NCBI GenBank assembly: GCA_010909165.1 | Contig: MU008154.1 | Span: 1,105,478-1,169,477 of the forward strand | Reading direction: 5' to 3' | DNA length: 64,000 nt | From: Anthoceros angustus | Taxonomy: Eukaryota; Plantae; Anthocerotophyta | Shown here: positions 13,320 through 26,269 of the stretch, piece after piece | How the letters are laid out: the number at the start of each line of letters is the position of its first letter | Position numbering within the stretch: the stretch's first letter is position 1 | Notes under the pieces: generated by a model | The model's database searches: none | What the model saw: the letters and a program-made list of their open reading frames with translations, nothing else | What the model was told of the DNA's origin: nothing | Translations under genes and position numbers: made by a program

Positions 13320-13550
13320 GCGTGAGGGGCGTGCGTGGTAGGCGGGGGTGGGTAGTGGTGAGAGGCGGGGGTGGGTAGGGGGCGCGGGAGGTGGGTAAGG
13401 AAGCGAGAGGGAATGGGTGGGGTGGAAAGGAGGGGGAGGGAGGAGGGGTTGGAGGCAGGGTGGAGGAGGAGGCGTGGAGGGTGGAGGGGCGGGAGAGGGA
13501 CGGTATGAGGGTGAATGGCGATGGGGTGTGGCGGGGGGTGGGGGTGTGGT
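13320..13550. repeat. G-rich low-complexity tract (C/T-rich on minus strand), G-quadruplex potential; copy 2 at 47700-47912
   Basis: Dense GGG/GGGG runs such as GGGTGGGGTGGAAAGGAGGGGGAGGGAGGAGGGG. Confidence 0.75.
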
Positions 13551-16500
13551 GCACAATATAACATTTCCACGATGTGAAGGTGAGCAATTTAATACCTTTG
13601 AAAGCGGTGCAGCTCAGACGAAGGCTGCGGTTATCACGCAGTGCACATCGTCGGGCGGTTGTGGCGGCTAAAGCTGGGGCCGTGTTCCTGGCAACTGCGG
13701 CGCCGCAATGCATCTACAAAGTGGCGATTTCCGGTACATTGCGGCTATCGACCGCGATGCATTGTGCGCCGCTATGTCTCGCAAATCTATGCCATGTACA
13801 TGCGAGCGATGGCTTTGGCAAGGCACGGTCGGCCACGTGTGCCGGCTCTCCGGTGGTGGCGTTCGGTTTGAAGGTGTGTCATTTTTGCGGCTGGCCCGGA
13901 AGGCAATGGATGCAATAACCCAGGCGCACTGCTTCGAAGAGATGCGTGTTTGAGGGCGAATCCATGGGTTTTAACGATATCCGTGCTCGGCATCATGAGC
14001 GGTGTCCTCGGAAGGAGGCATCATCGCGCGCCAAAGGGTAATGGCGTGGTTGCGGACCCATGCGGAAACAAAATGGTAGCCCAATTCCTAACCGAGTGCA
14101 ATTGCGGATTAGGCGGGAAGAGAAGGGCCGCATGCATCTGTCGAGCAACAAGTTTGTGGCTGCGATTGGCGTTTGGCTCTTGCATACACCCTAAGGCGAT
14201 TCTGCGAGGTTGCAATTGCCACCGCATATTCCATGGCGTGGAACTCTTTTTCACCAGTGTGCAATAGTGCGGCTCGTGTGGTGCGATTGCAGCCATTTTC
14301 GGCGCATCTGGTGCGGTGTCGCTTTGGCGGTGGGCGTTGGCGCCGGAAAACATAGCGCCGCGCGAGACCTCGCGAGACTCCCGGCACCGATCCGCGCCCA
14401 TCGAAGGAGATGGCGCTTTGCACCAAGCTCCTCCGGACACCCATGGCGCGAATCACGGCCGCGGCCAGCGCCCACATGCGATCTCCAGCGCCGACCGCAT
14501 TCTGTCCCTGCGCATCGTGCGGCTGCACAAAGCCGCGCGTGCGTCGGAGGTGGCAGATGCAAGGCGGCAGCGCAGCATGGAATGGGGTCGAGTCGATCGT
14601 CCACACAATGTCGGCGACCGGATGCCGGGCCGTCGGCGCAATTATCGGATCCGCCGGAGGTTCAACGTGGCGTCCGGTGGCGTCTGCGTATCTTGGCGGT
14701 GGCGAGTGCTCGCCGGGCGTGGTACCCGCGGCGGCGGCATGGGGCCGAGGCGGCGGCGGCGGGCAGCAGCGGCAGTGGGGGCGATCCCATTCACGCGCTA
14801 CGGAATCACCGGATGCGGCCGGCCCGCGCAGGAGGCTGCGGGCACGGGGCCGAGCTTTGCGGTCGTTGGCACAACAAGCTCTGCGGATACAAATTCCACT
14901 CGACAAAGAATACTCCAGTGACGGCGATCTGAGAGGGTGGCCAAGTTGTGTTCATGTCTGCGCTCGATTGCACACAAGTGGAAGTTTGTGGTGAGCATGC
15001 CGGGAGCATACAACGGAACCGTTCGCGAAGGAAGTGGCGCATGACCATCGTCGCACGGTCGCGGCTCGATCTCACTGCGCCCAGCTGCCGTTATGCGGAT
15101 GCCACCGGTTGCATCTCGCCGCACAAAGGTGTGTCGGCGTGATATACGTCGTCTTCCTCCGAGACCGGCGTCGCGAGCCGGACCGGCTGATCAGATGTTG
15201 TACATATGGGATGTGCATGCGCGATTCACGCCGTGGCGATTGCGGATAAGGCGGGCGTGTCGGCCATCGAGGTACGACTTGGCGGCGAAGGTGATCAAGA
15301 CATGGAGGTGGCAGCAGGGTTACTGCGGCCAGCCGAGGGAGGTGGAGGTCGCGTCTTTGGAGGAGAGTTCAGCAGTCGGATGGCGCCACCGCCGCGACCT
15401 TGATGGTGGGCCCGCAGCCGCCGGCGTGCGCGACATGTGGGCATCAAATGCGATCCCCCGAGAGGTGCAAAGCTGAGTCGGCAGTGCGCACAGTCGAGGC
15501 CATGTCAGCGGCGCGGTGGCGATCGACGGATACGCGAGGCGGCGGGTGCAAGGGAGCATGGTGGTGGTCGGCGGGAGCAGGAGGAGTCTGCTGGCCGCAT
15601 GGCGGAAAACATTCTTGGCGGTGGAGGAGCTCCATGACACCTGCCGCGGGCAAGTGGAGGAAGGCATCCATAGTAGCGGCGCGGTACCGCAGATGAGGTG
15701 CTCTTTTGAGATCTTGGGTCGCTGCAGGAGAAATTTGGTATGGCCGAGGCGAAGCGGGCCCAGCTGCCCTTGCAAAGGCTACGGTCTGAGAAGAGGCGCG
15801 AGCACGAACTTTGATGGGGTGGCCGGCATTCGGTGGTGCAAAGGATGGATGGGATGGAATTGTTAAACCACCACCATACAAGGATTTTTCGCAGAAGGGC
15901 TTCACCAGTGGGATTGGTTACTGGAGGACTGGATGACATTGGGACCGACCACGGAGGAAGAGTTGCGGATCACGGAGGACCACCAATCGAGGTTCGCAAT
16001 AGGCGAGGAGGAGATGCTTGCGTGCCTGACCCATCACTTGGTGGAATCAATGCACACACCACATCGGGATGGCGAGCGGCCGGCCCGATGGTATCACGGC
16101 GCTTCTGGCGAAGAAGCGAGGCGTCACGAGATCGCGGTTTGCGGTGGCGGAGAAAGGCATCGATTCGCATCGGCGAGGCGTCGATTGAGGACCACCTAAC
16201 CTGCGGTGGAAGCCGTGGAGTGTCGGCGGTGTTCGACAATTTCCGCCTATGGGAAGGAAGGCGGACCATTTCACCGTCGGGTCTTGCGGACGGTATGGGG
16301 ATCGAGGAGGTGTTCCAGGAGGTTGGCCTGTGGCGGCCGGCAGTGCATCGTGAGGCATGGAGGCGGTTAAGTCGCCCGGCATTTGTGGGTGTGTTTGAGC
16401 GGAATGTCACGGGGGGGGGGCCACCAATACCACATCAGCCAACGGACATCATCAGACCCTCTGCAACGCAGCATGGTAAGTTCTGCGACCATGCCCATGG

Positions 16501-17779
16501 AGGCGCGAACACTTGCACCTGCGTGATGATCACTGCGTGTGCGTCCTCTGTGCAGGCAATGTTCTTCGGCCACCTGCTGTACATGGTGCTGGCCACCGGC
16601 ATAGAGGTCAGCCGTCCCATGACCTTTGCGACGCTAGCGCATGCTCTCGGCAGTCAGAAGGATGGCGTGCACAAGGAGTGGAAGGACACAGGCAGCGAGA
16701 AGACATTGAAGAGGGCTTTCAAAGGCGACATCGTCCACCACCACGACTCATGGCCATCTTCTTGCTAAAGCGGGCGCTTCGCCGGGCGAGGAGAACGGAG
16801 CCATATCGGGTCGCACTCATGGCGGAAAGGCTGCGGATTTCTTCACGTCGCCGACACAAGCCATCGCATGTGTTGGGGAAGCGGTGGCGGCGCGCATCGA
16901 GCCGCAGGGCAACACTTGTTCTCCAAGTGCACTGCGTGGGTGGGTTGGTGGGCGAGGATTTCGACATGGTGTGCTGGACAGCGAGCTATCTTTGGGCGCA
17001 TAGAGAGTGCGTTTGAGAGTGTGAGTTCTTCAATGCCACACATGGATGCGTGGACGCATTTCGTTCAAGTTCGGCGCTTGCTTGCCGATCTTGAAGGACA
17101 TGTTGACCGTGCGGGAGATGACATTCGGAGCGGTCGCTTGTACACCTTCTTAGATAGGGTGTACTTCTCCGTGTCTGCGATGGTTGTGGCGGTGCCACTT
17201 AGGCGTATGGGCAAGCGCGCGAGCAAGGCGTGCTCCTCACTCCTCCGCCCTTTATGTCTCAAAGCTGGTCATGGCGGCCAGCGGGTGTGAAGCCATCCGC
17301 ATGAACTCTCTGTGGAAAGCGTGAGCGTTTGTGGTGTCTCGCCGAAGCTTGTTTCGAGGTTCCGGCTTGTTGGTAATGTGCATTTGTGAAGGGCCCGAGG
17401 CCGTGTTGATCGATCGTGAGGCCCAATTTAGTGCTTCACCGTATGTCGAGCCGAATGAAAAGTGGACGGTGCGACCCGTTCTCGTGACATGGAGCGGGAA
17501 AAAAGCCACCGGAACCCCTACACCACCCCGCTCCCCATTGCGGATGCCCCGATGGCATCGCTGTGAGATGGAGCAGCGCGGGGCGCTCAAATCAAGCCGG
17601 GGGGCGGGAAGGCGCGGGAAGGCTGCGGGAAGTTGAATCTGCTGGCGAGGAGGCCTTGCATTGCGGGGTCGCGACATTGAAAGGCGTGAGATGGGTGGCG
17701 GTGCGGCCGGGAAGGAGGAGAACGCTGCGATGTGGACGATCGACCGGGTTGCTTGGCGATGAGGGGAGACACATAGCAC

Positions 17780-18110
17780 GTGCGAATGTGTGGTCTTGGC
17801 GGCGGTGAAACACGTTGACATTACCAAGTTCGTTACGTACAATGGATGCCAAAGGTGTGGCACATTGTTGGAGCAAGAATCTTGCCACGAAATGTGCGGG
17901 GTGGAAGGCGCCGGTCTGCGGTGCAAACTACGGTTGCTATTGGCGGGGCGAGTGGCGAGTATGAGCCACTTTGCATTCCAGTAGTGCAGGCTGCATGCGG
18001 CGGATGGGTTTGCAGGCGGATGGAAGTGGGGCGGCGGCGTGGCGAGGAAGCGGAGGAGGAAGGCGGTTCTGCTGCTCCTTGAGGATTGCGGTGCTCAGTG
18101 CGACCGGCCT
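17780..18110 (+). pseudogene. RPA70 C-terminal (DBD-C)-like OB fold with zinc ribbon, TE cargo, frameshifted
   Basis: ORF 17790-17984, VLAAVKHVDITKFVTYNGCQRCGTLLEQESCHEMCGVEGAGLRCKLRLLLA, fits the RPA1-C pattern: hydrophobic strand, YxxCxxC, second Cys pair, then R-x-K-L-x-L. Confidence 0.6.
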
Positions 18111-20249
18111 CTGTGTTGTCGTGGCGGAGCCATATCCGTGAGGCGCGCGCGAAGGTGGAGCATTGGGTAGAGGCAGTGCGACCCCATTGCATGGGATGAT
18201 GGACAGTGGGTGTCGTTCAAAGGTTGCTGGGATTGTCATTGCGGCTGGGTTTGCAACCACAGCAGTGATAGTTTTGAACTTGCCGCCCATGGCGGTACTC
18301 GCAGTGCTGGCTATAGCAGGCGCCACCGCTTGCGGGGTTATAAGAGTGGTTGATGCAGCGCGCGAAGGCAGGGAGTGACTAGTGCAGCCATATTAGCTGC
18401 GGGAAAGGCAGGATGTTCAAGTAGGATGCAGCCATCTTTGATGCCATGGAGCTACACAATAGGAAGCCTCAGTTGTCACTCAAATAGAGGGATTGAGGTA
18501 GATTGCTGCAACATGGGCCCAGGCAGCCGCCGTTTTGGGTTGACACATGTGATGTTCAATGCAAAGGAATAAAGTGGCATTATATAATGTATTTGGCGAT
18601 CGGGCATGAGAAGGCAACAAAGCGCCGCAACCGGAAATGTGCCTCTGAGTGGCGGCTAAGACCGTGATCAACAACCCCTGATCAGGCAAGCGGTAGGGGA
18701 GTAGCATTAACACCGCATCTTGAGAGCGGTGCGAGAGGCTGCCATGCTGGCCGTGATCGGGGTTGGACAAAGTAGCTTGTTCTTTGCCTTTGGGGCGCAA
18801 TAAATCACATGTGGCAAAAACCCGGTGGGAGGAGGCCATTTAAAATGATACCAAACCACTTGGCATCCACAACATTTATTGGGACGCAAGTTTTGAAAGC
18901 ATTGGCCTTGGTACAAGGAGGTGCCTGCTGTGGAGTGTGCACCCATTCTCAACTACAGGAATGAGAGGAGGCATGGGCGGCGGTGGCGAAGGAGAGGAGA
19001 TGGAGGTCGAGTTGTGGGCACCCGCAACCATGGCGGTGGAGGATTGCGCCATGGAGGAGGCTACACCCACAGTGGGTGAGGTGGAGGGCGTGGAGGACCT
19101 TCCCCTTGGCGGCGCCGTTGGCGCGTTGGAGGAGGAGGGCGCTGCTTCAAGCGCTCCCACCAGCAAGCGCCATGGCGGCGATCCGCTTTGCCGGTGAGGA
19201 GAGCACCACAGGCCGCTCGCTCTCCGTGGCGGCCAGCGGCTTGTACTTGTTTACCCGCCGGAGGAATGGAGCTCGGAGGTGGCGGCGCCGGGCCGCACTT
19301 GCAGCAAGGCTGCGATGCTGGCCGTTCACCGAACATGGTGTGCGGCAGATGGCTGCAAGACCAAGACATGATTGCCCAGGCGATTCATTTGGGGGATGCG
19401 GCGGATGGTGGACGATGCAGAGTGCGGTGCGGCCCCGGGCTGCGACCCTCCGGGGAGGTGCGGTGGTGGCGACCGGCCCTCCTCTCGACTTCGTGGCGGT
19501 AAAGGTCTTTACCGGACATCCAGCCCGGTGGGCTGCTAGGGATGCGGCGGGAGGAGGCGGAGCTCCTATGCCGTGCCTCACTTGATCAGCGGTCGGAGGC
19601 GAGGAGGTGGAGGTGGCGGGGCCGGCACAGAGCCGGCCCTTGGGCAAGGAGGTTGCACTACTGTCCGTAATAAAAATAGCGTATTGTATGATGTGCTAGT
19701 GAATTGAAGGAGAAATGGCCCCCATTCCGGCTGCGTCATTTTATTCGTCACCTAAACAACGTCACCCGCTATGCAAAATGACGTGTGAACGCCACCGGCT
19801 TTATGGTGAGGATCCGGTGGCTAAGCCGGTGCTCGGCTGAGCCACCGAATCGGAAGCCGGCCCGATCCGGTGTTTGTTGGGTGCCTCCACGTCCGGTGGG
19901 CGGGCGGCTTTCGATGGCACTGCGTCCGGCGTCCTCGCCCGATTGCAAATCCCACCTCTCCCCAACATTTAGGGAACCATACGGCCGCCAAATGTCATGG
20001 TGGCCTCTAGCCACCACGTGTCGGGGTGGTGTGTAATGACAGACGACCTTTATGTCATCTCGAACTTTCAAAATGCCGCAAAGGCGTGCCCAAATTCAAA
20101 ATCAAAGTTAAATACGTTTTACTTTTTACAATAGGAGTAACTCTTATGGACTATAGTAATAACAACTAACCACCGCTTGAACACGGGTTACATTACCGCA
20201 TGCGCCGTCTGCCGACCCGCAAAATCAACATTGAAGCATAGCGCCGGCC

Positions 20250-22070
20250 GAGATTGGAGGATTGGTGCAGCGCTGCGGCGTGCTCTCTTGGTGTACTCGC
20301 TTGCTTCATCCCGATGTACTAACCACGTTTACCCCTTTGTTGCCTTCTACCAAAGCAGACACCCCACATTACCACATCAACCTTTGGATTGTCCGGATAA
20401 CATCGTCACATTGCATCCCAAATTGTGGCCTAGCAATTGGGTGGAGAGACACTCACCCACCGGCTGTGTCTTCCCTCTGGTCCCCACAAACTCCACAGTT
20501 TAGTGCTCATTCCTCCGGCGTTTCGCATCCGCGACACGCACTTGCTGAACCCACGTAGTATGATGCCTCGGACATGCTCCATTGAGGCACACCTTACTCG
20601 ATTTCGAGTTTGTGCACGGTAACCCTCTTGCTTGCGCAGAGGTTGCAAGATCCTGCCGGCCAGCCGTGGTTGCGTTGTAGGGACAATTACCGTCGATGGC
20701 TGGTCCTCCTCTTCCCGCCCACTCCGTTTAGGTGTGTCTTGGTGGCTTTGTCTTACCTCGTTGCCCCGACCTTGCCAAAATAACCCGACAAGTATTAGTC
20801 ACCCCCAACAAATGAATCTACTACAAAGCGAGCACCAAACGATGGGTCACATTGTAGCATGTCTACTAGTACCGACAAATGCTCCTTGTCGATCACGTGC
20901 TGCCGAATCGGCTATGCCTTCAAGGTCGGGTGTCTTGCACCATTCGGTTTCATCCTCGGTCGGCATCTCTCCCCGGCGTAAAATGCTTTTCGAACTCGTG
21001 CACCCCCGACCATATGGGTTCGAGCTCGCACCATTGTGCTTCCTTAAACGTGCCTCAGCTACCGCGCGTCGCGCCACACACACCATCACCTCTCAAGTTC
21101 CCGCACTCCAAATTGTGCAATGAGCTTCCAATCCTCCTCACATCGAGCCCAAGCGCAAATCCTCATCCCGCACACCTTGTCTCCTCATTTGGGCAGAACC
21201 TTGACTCGTGATAACACACGGAAATTCCTCCGTCTTGTTGACTTGGACAATTTGTGGTGTATGAAATCTCGGTTGGTGATGTCCGAAAGACCTCTCAGAC
21301 AGATCCACAAGCTCACCAGAGCCATGGAATGTCCGTAGGGCTTCAACAAGGTCAAGCGAGTTGAGACCAACTCAAATCCGCCGGTGGAAAGTGACTTGTC
21401 CCTAGTGTTCACTCCTCCGATAATCAAAGACTCATTTGGTGTCACCAATCGCCTTGGAACAAGGCTCGAGCACAATCGCCGCTCAAGCAACAACTTGGCC
21501 TTCCCATGCACCTCCAAAACAGCCGTGGACATCACTAAGGAAAGCATTCGCAGAGCTTCATGAGCGCATAAGGCATTGGTTCGGATACTCCTCCACCAAG
21601 AATCGCTTCCAAGCCAAAGCTTCTAAGTCCTCGTCTGCATCCGCACGCATGTGTTGGCCATCCCTTCCGGTTGGTGGAGACCGCCTCTTCCTCTCCATCG
21701 TCGGACCACTCCAAAGAAGCCTCAACTTGTGCTCGACACTACCGACTGGTCTACCCCAACTCACAAGAGCGACATCCTCCGCAGCAACGGTGTGAGTATG
21801 AAATGGAGTATAGGCGTAATGAAGTCAAGGTATGTGCTCTGCGAGAGCGTTGTCGCCTCTTCCTTACGTCTGCAATTCTCTGTGCCAAAGTTTTTTGTGA
21901 TTCCTCTCCTTTACGCCTCTCACAGTGGGCGTCTTGCCCTGCACGCCTACTTCCACTTGGTACAATGCACAACTGTCTGTCAGGTCGAGCGTCTACACAG
22001 AACTCAATAAGTACGTCACTCTGCTCGTCTCGGTCGAATTTGTTGACGCTCCATTGCCTGAGCACTGTCA
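20250..22070 (-). pseudogene. TnpA-like second CACTA gene (Ptta/Transposase_24-like centre, Tnp1/EnSpm-like C-terminus), frameshifted
   Basis: Lies directly downstream of TnpD on the same strand. SNPYGRGCTSSKSILRRGEMPTEDETEWCKT resembles the Ptta P-x-x-G..G-x-x-P..E-x-W motif; PVGECLSTQLLGHNLG resembles the C-terminal domain. An AT-rich tract follows at 20090-20170. Confidence 0.5.
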
Positions 22071-22149
22071 TAGAAGAGACACCTTGTAGTGTGGCCCAAA
22101 AAACAGGCCTGAGTGTGGGCGCACACCCCCGGTGACCGAGATTAAAAAC

Positions 22150-25100
22150 AAGGATGGTCCACAGTCAAAATGACTCGAAATGACTCGCACCACACCACGA
22201 GCCCGGTTTGATCGGGATGACCAGAGATGTCTTGAAGTGCGGCCTATATGCCAATGGTAACTAATCGGATGGATAGTGTGATCCCACCGTGCACGGTGTA
22301 CATATAAAAGCCGACTTACGGCATTACATCCACATGCACAAATACTGCGTGACATGTCTTTGGGAAGGTATACGGTCCCGTCTTCAAATCACGCCCATCT
22401 GGCAAGCATGTCGAGTGTCCACCGGCGAAAATCCACAATAATCCTGACCATACTTGGTGGAACTTTGGTTAATGAACACTCGCATTACGTTTAGCACAAT
22501 GGTCGTGAAGTCACCTTCGTCAGACGACCTCTATGATCAACAACTCGCCATAGAACTCCAGGCGTCGTTGGTGCCCACCATGTCAAAAGTACCATGAACC
22601 CATGCCTTGAGTGGACCTCTTGTTCTCATCTCCATCCCAGGAAATGAAAACCCCGCGTGTTCGTGCCTCGATAAGTATTCGTAGTTTGGCGAGGGCCAAA
22701 AGGGCGAATGATGCGATCCGGCTGCCATTCCACCTCCCATTTCTAACGCCTTCAAGTAGCCATGCCATAAAGTCATCAATAGCCCCACCGTCAGTGGTAT
22801 GCTCAGCTCGCATTGGGGCTAGAACTTCTGAGTGCTGTAACAGATACCAGTGCAACCTTTTCCGGTCATCCACATTTAGTGTCACCTTGTGAGCCTGGCC
22901 TATGGTGTGATCCACTTCTTCTGTTGAACGACGACGTCCATTGGCCTCATTGTCGGCCAGAAACTCTGAGGCATAAAACATGGCCTCCATGGCCACATAA
23001 CCTGCCATGGAGCCCTCAGCCGGGCTCGTTGGCGAGCGTGATTTTTCGATACCGGCATAAAGCGCTCCATAGGGTACATCCACCGCCCATGGACTGCTCC
23101 TGCGTCTCAACTTCATCGACAAGGTGCACAATGAGGTGTTGCATGCGTTCCAAAATGTGGAAGGCATGTGCTGCTCCATTGATCATGAGGTCAACAACTT
23201 CTAGCTTCATACCGGATATCGCCACATTGATTTCCTTGCGCACATCCATCGGTATAATGCAGCCTTGTGATGCATTTAAGCTCTCGCGGCGGCAATCGAC
23301 CTCTTAACGCTATTGGCAAATAGTCGCAACAAACAATGCCTGTCATGGCTTTTAAACCGCTTACTTTGGGTCCACAACAACTCTTCAAATTGGCACCGAA
23401 TCCTGGCGGCTTCGCATCAATTCATCTTTCAGCTTGCAGATGAGGTGCCAAACGTAAGAGGCACCGCATATCGCATGTCACCTTCCTCCACAACCCAAAG
23501 CCAAGGTTTGAGTCGTTCTCCTCCATGTCAAACCCGCGCCAATAGTGTCTCCACCCACTTATTACGCCATCGCCTTGCGCTTATTGGCCTCGACATGCAT
23601 GATATCTTTTATCCATAGCTTGCACGTATGGCGTAAAATGCCTCGCAGAATGAGGGCGCACGCCCCAAGTGTTAGGCCGCATCCGGCATGAGCGTCGGAG
23701 ATGCTCCACCTTCTCATCTCATCTACTACGGACAGCATGCGATGAGGGCGGGCGGTCTCGGACCTATTGTTGAAGGCTTCGAGTGGAGAGTCCGTCATCC
23801 ATACATAGCCTCACACCACCGCCCTCAAACAAACATTTATCCAATTCCGCAGCCCACCTAGCATCGAGGCCAAGCCCACAATCAATGCACGCCGCTTTCC
23901 CACGAACCGCAACAACGATCCCAACCACAGGTAGTCACATGTCGCCATCAGAGTGCAGCCAAGCTTGAAAATACACCGAGTCACCAACAGCCCGTGAGTA
24001 ATCCTCACATTGAACACCTTCCCATAGCCGCTCTGACCGAGGGCTCAAGATAGATATCCATGTTCGCACTTGCTTCGAATGATACCGGATAGGAGGATTC
24101 TCCTTCTTGGTGGCAAGGAGGTAGATTGTGGATGACCAGCAGCAAAAAATTATGAATTGGACCTGTGCCCGCTTGGGTTCATACCATCTGCAAATGCTCA
24201 CCGACATTCCTGTCTTCGCGAGTTCCCACTTGATCCAAAGCTCTCCACGCCGGTGTCACGCCTAAAATCGCATCTTTCCATCCGGGCTACGATTGCGAGA
24301 CCACCATGTCATGTCATGTGCCTGACCTCGGACATCGGAAGATGCCGTTCCACCAAAGGGAAATGCCGAACGTTTTCGGGGCTTCACCAGCCTCGCCGGT
24401 TTGAGGCACCCTACAATGGTAACAGTGGCATCCTGCTCTCCCAAGAATGCCTGCAGTCCTTGACATGCAGAAGAGCTTGATTTGTGCCACATGGAGAAGA
24501 ATCCTTTGTGCATCTTGCGGTGGGAGTGTGTTCGGAGAAGGAAGCAAGCGTGTCCGGATGACAAGAAAGAGCTTCGACATTGCGTCGAGACAAGTTGAAG
24601 CTTTCTTGGACCCGGAGGAGAGCCACAATCGCAGAGAGGGTGCTCGCCACTTATGCAGTCCCTCACTATTGAACAAAAGCTTCCCGGCTTCAACGCCAAT
24701 GTCTCGTGCCATCGATCGGGGATGGAATGAATGAGCCCAGCCATGTCATCCTCGTTAGCGGAAACTACTTCTTCATCATCCGATTGTTGTCCGCGGCTCG
24801 GGTTGCACATTGGTCTCGCTCCCACGCCTGTATGGTACCTCACTAAGCTCCTCAATAGAGTCATCCAAAGCATCCCTTGTAGCAACTCTTCCCGATCCAT
24901 GACCTCTCGACCCCTCCATGGTGCCTGACAAAAGCATAAGTGACGACCGATCCCTAAATTGATGGATGCCGACCTTGCGTGAAAGCACCTTTGCATTCGC
25001 TCGTGTATGATGTCCGACATGTCGAGGGCAATATCGAACCGCGTCTCCCCAACGGCTTGCAATGGACATGGGCATCGCACCTAGGAATCGCCTATTCGAC

Positions 25101-25290
25101 GGGCGGAACCATGGTGATGATATACTTGTCCAGCGCTCCCGAACTTGCGAAGCGTTAGGGCCTCTTGTCGATGCATTACGTCCGGTGGGAACCCATTGTG
25201 CGGAAGTGCATTGTTAGCCGCATACTTTGGCATTACGCTTAGAGGTGGGAACACACTCGCTTATATCCAAATCGATTTACGCTCCATGCC
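22150..25290 (-). pseudogene. CACTA TnpD/Tnp2 DDE transposase (Transpos_assoc, Transposase_21, DUF4218, DUF4216), multiply frameshifted
   Basis: Ordered motifs across frames: RCPC; KPRK..HDMTW..DGKMR; LATKKEN..RLWEGV; GKAACIDC; DIMHVEAN; SGLK..DYLPIALRGRLP; MQHLIVHLVDEV; WMYPMER; EGSMAGYVAMEAMFYASEFL; EFYGELL.IEV; DYCGFSPVD. The start is approximate. Confidence 0.9.
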
Positions 25291-25537
25291 TACTGCCTTG
25301 AAAACAAGGCCACCATCTCACGCGAGCACTCCCGAGCACATATACCTCTCTTCGCTTGAAGCTTCTCTTGCTCGCCATGGCGTCCAGGCAGCAATGGGAG
25401 TGAGCGTCGGGAGGCAAAACCCACCGCAAGTGTCGTGGGATCGGGGAGGCACGTTGCAAGTCCTCGAGCGCACCCGGTGATGAGTCAAGACAAAATGTGG
25501 CGTCAAGGGCTTGGTGGGTGAGGATCGGTAGAGGTGG

Positions 25538-26269
25538 ATGAGAGGCCGATTATTGCGCCGTGCGGGAATGGTGTGTACGGACCCGCCCAACCCCGCCTCG
25601 ACTTGGACACGTCGCGGAGCTCCCATGGAGATTATGTGTGTCGCTTTCGGGGCGTGGCGTCCCATCACCGCAATATGGACACCAGCATGGGCGGTGGGTG
25701 ATTCAATTGGCGGCGAGCATGATGAGTGGTTTGAGCGAGACTTTTCCATTGTCGGTGGCAATCGGCGACTCGCCCACGGCCTCTCGGACATGGTCCGGCG
25801 TTGGATGTTCGCAATTGGTGGGTGGCATGTGCGATGCGCTTGGGCACTCGTATCTATCTTGCGTCTGCGAAGGCGTACATTGTCGACATACTGGAGGAAA
25901 TGCGGTCCATCACCCTCGCATTTATCAAGCATGGTGGAGGTGGGGACGCCTGACGCGTGTTTTCATTCCTATCTACTGGGGAGTAAGTTTGACGTTCTTT
26001 GTGTGGAAAGGGAGCCTGTGTTTGAGCCGAATCTGTCTGTACCAATGAGCCGTCCACCAACTGAGCCATCACTGCTTGTGGATATCAATATGCAGTTTGA
26101 TGATATTCGTGATACACAATTGGGCAGACAGGTTCGCGTGCGGACTGTGGGGCCGCCTTGGGACAAGCGTCGCATGGCAATGTGGACCGGGCCCGGGAGG
26201 GTGATGACAGATGTGCTTTTTTCCACAAGCCCCAAAACTGGCGAGCTATGGGTTGTGAAGAAGTCATAG
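25538..26269 (+). CDS. Hypothetical TE-cargo ORF divergent from TnpD (243 aa; possibly a frameshifted composite)
   Basis: One of the longer ORFs, with a globular-looking C-half; broken in copy 2 (59848-60560). No family recognised. Confidence 0.3.
   Translation: MRGRLLRRAGMVCTDPPNPASTWTRRGAPMEIMCVAFGAWRPITAIWTPAWAVGDSIGGEHDEWFERDFSIVGGNRRLAHGLSDMVRRWMFAIGGWHVRCAWALVSILRLRRRTLSTYWRKCGPSPSHLSSMVEVGTPDACFHSYLLGSKFDVLCVEREPVFEPNLSVPMSRPPTEPSLLVDINMQFDDIRDTQLGRQVRVRTVGPPWDKRRMAMWTGPGRVMTDVLFSTSPKTGELWVVKKS

Noticed and set aside
13020-13713. Extensin or Pro-rich protein ORFs
   Set aside because: A product of the C-rich low-complexity tract; the frames are not conserved between copies.
17300-20100. 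Nested Helitron explaining the RPA-like domain
   Set aside because: I saw no Rep or helicase motifs and no convincing hairpin plus CTRR end by eye; not formally excluded.
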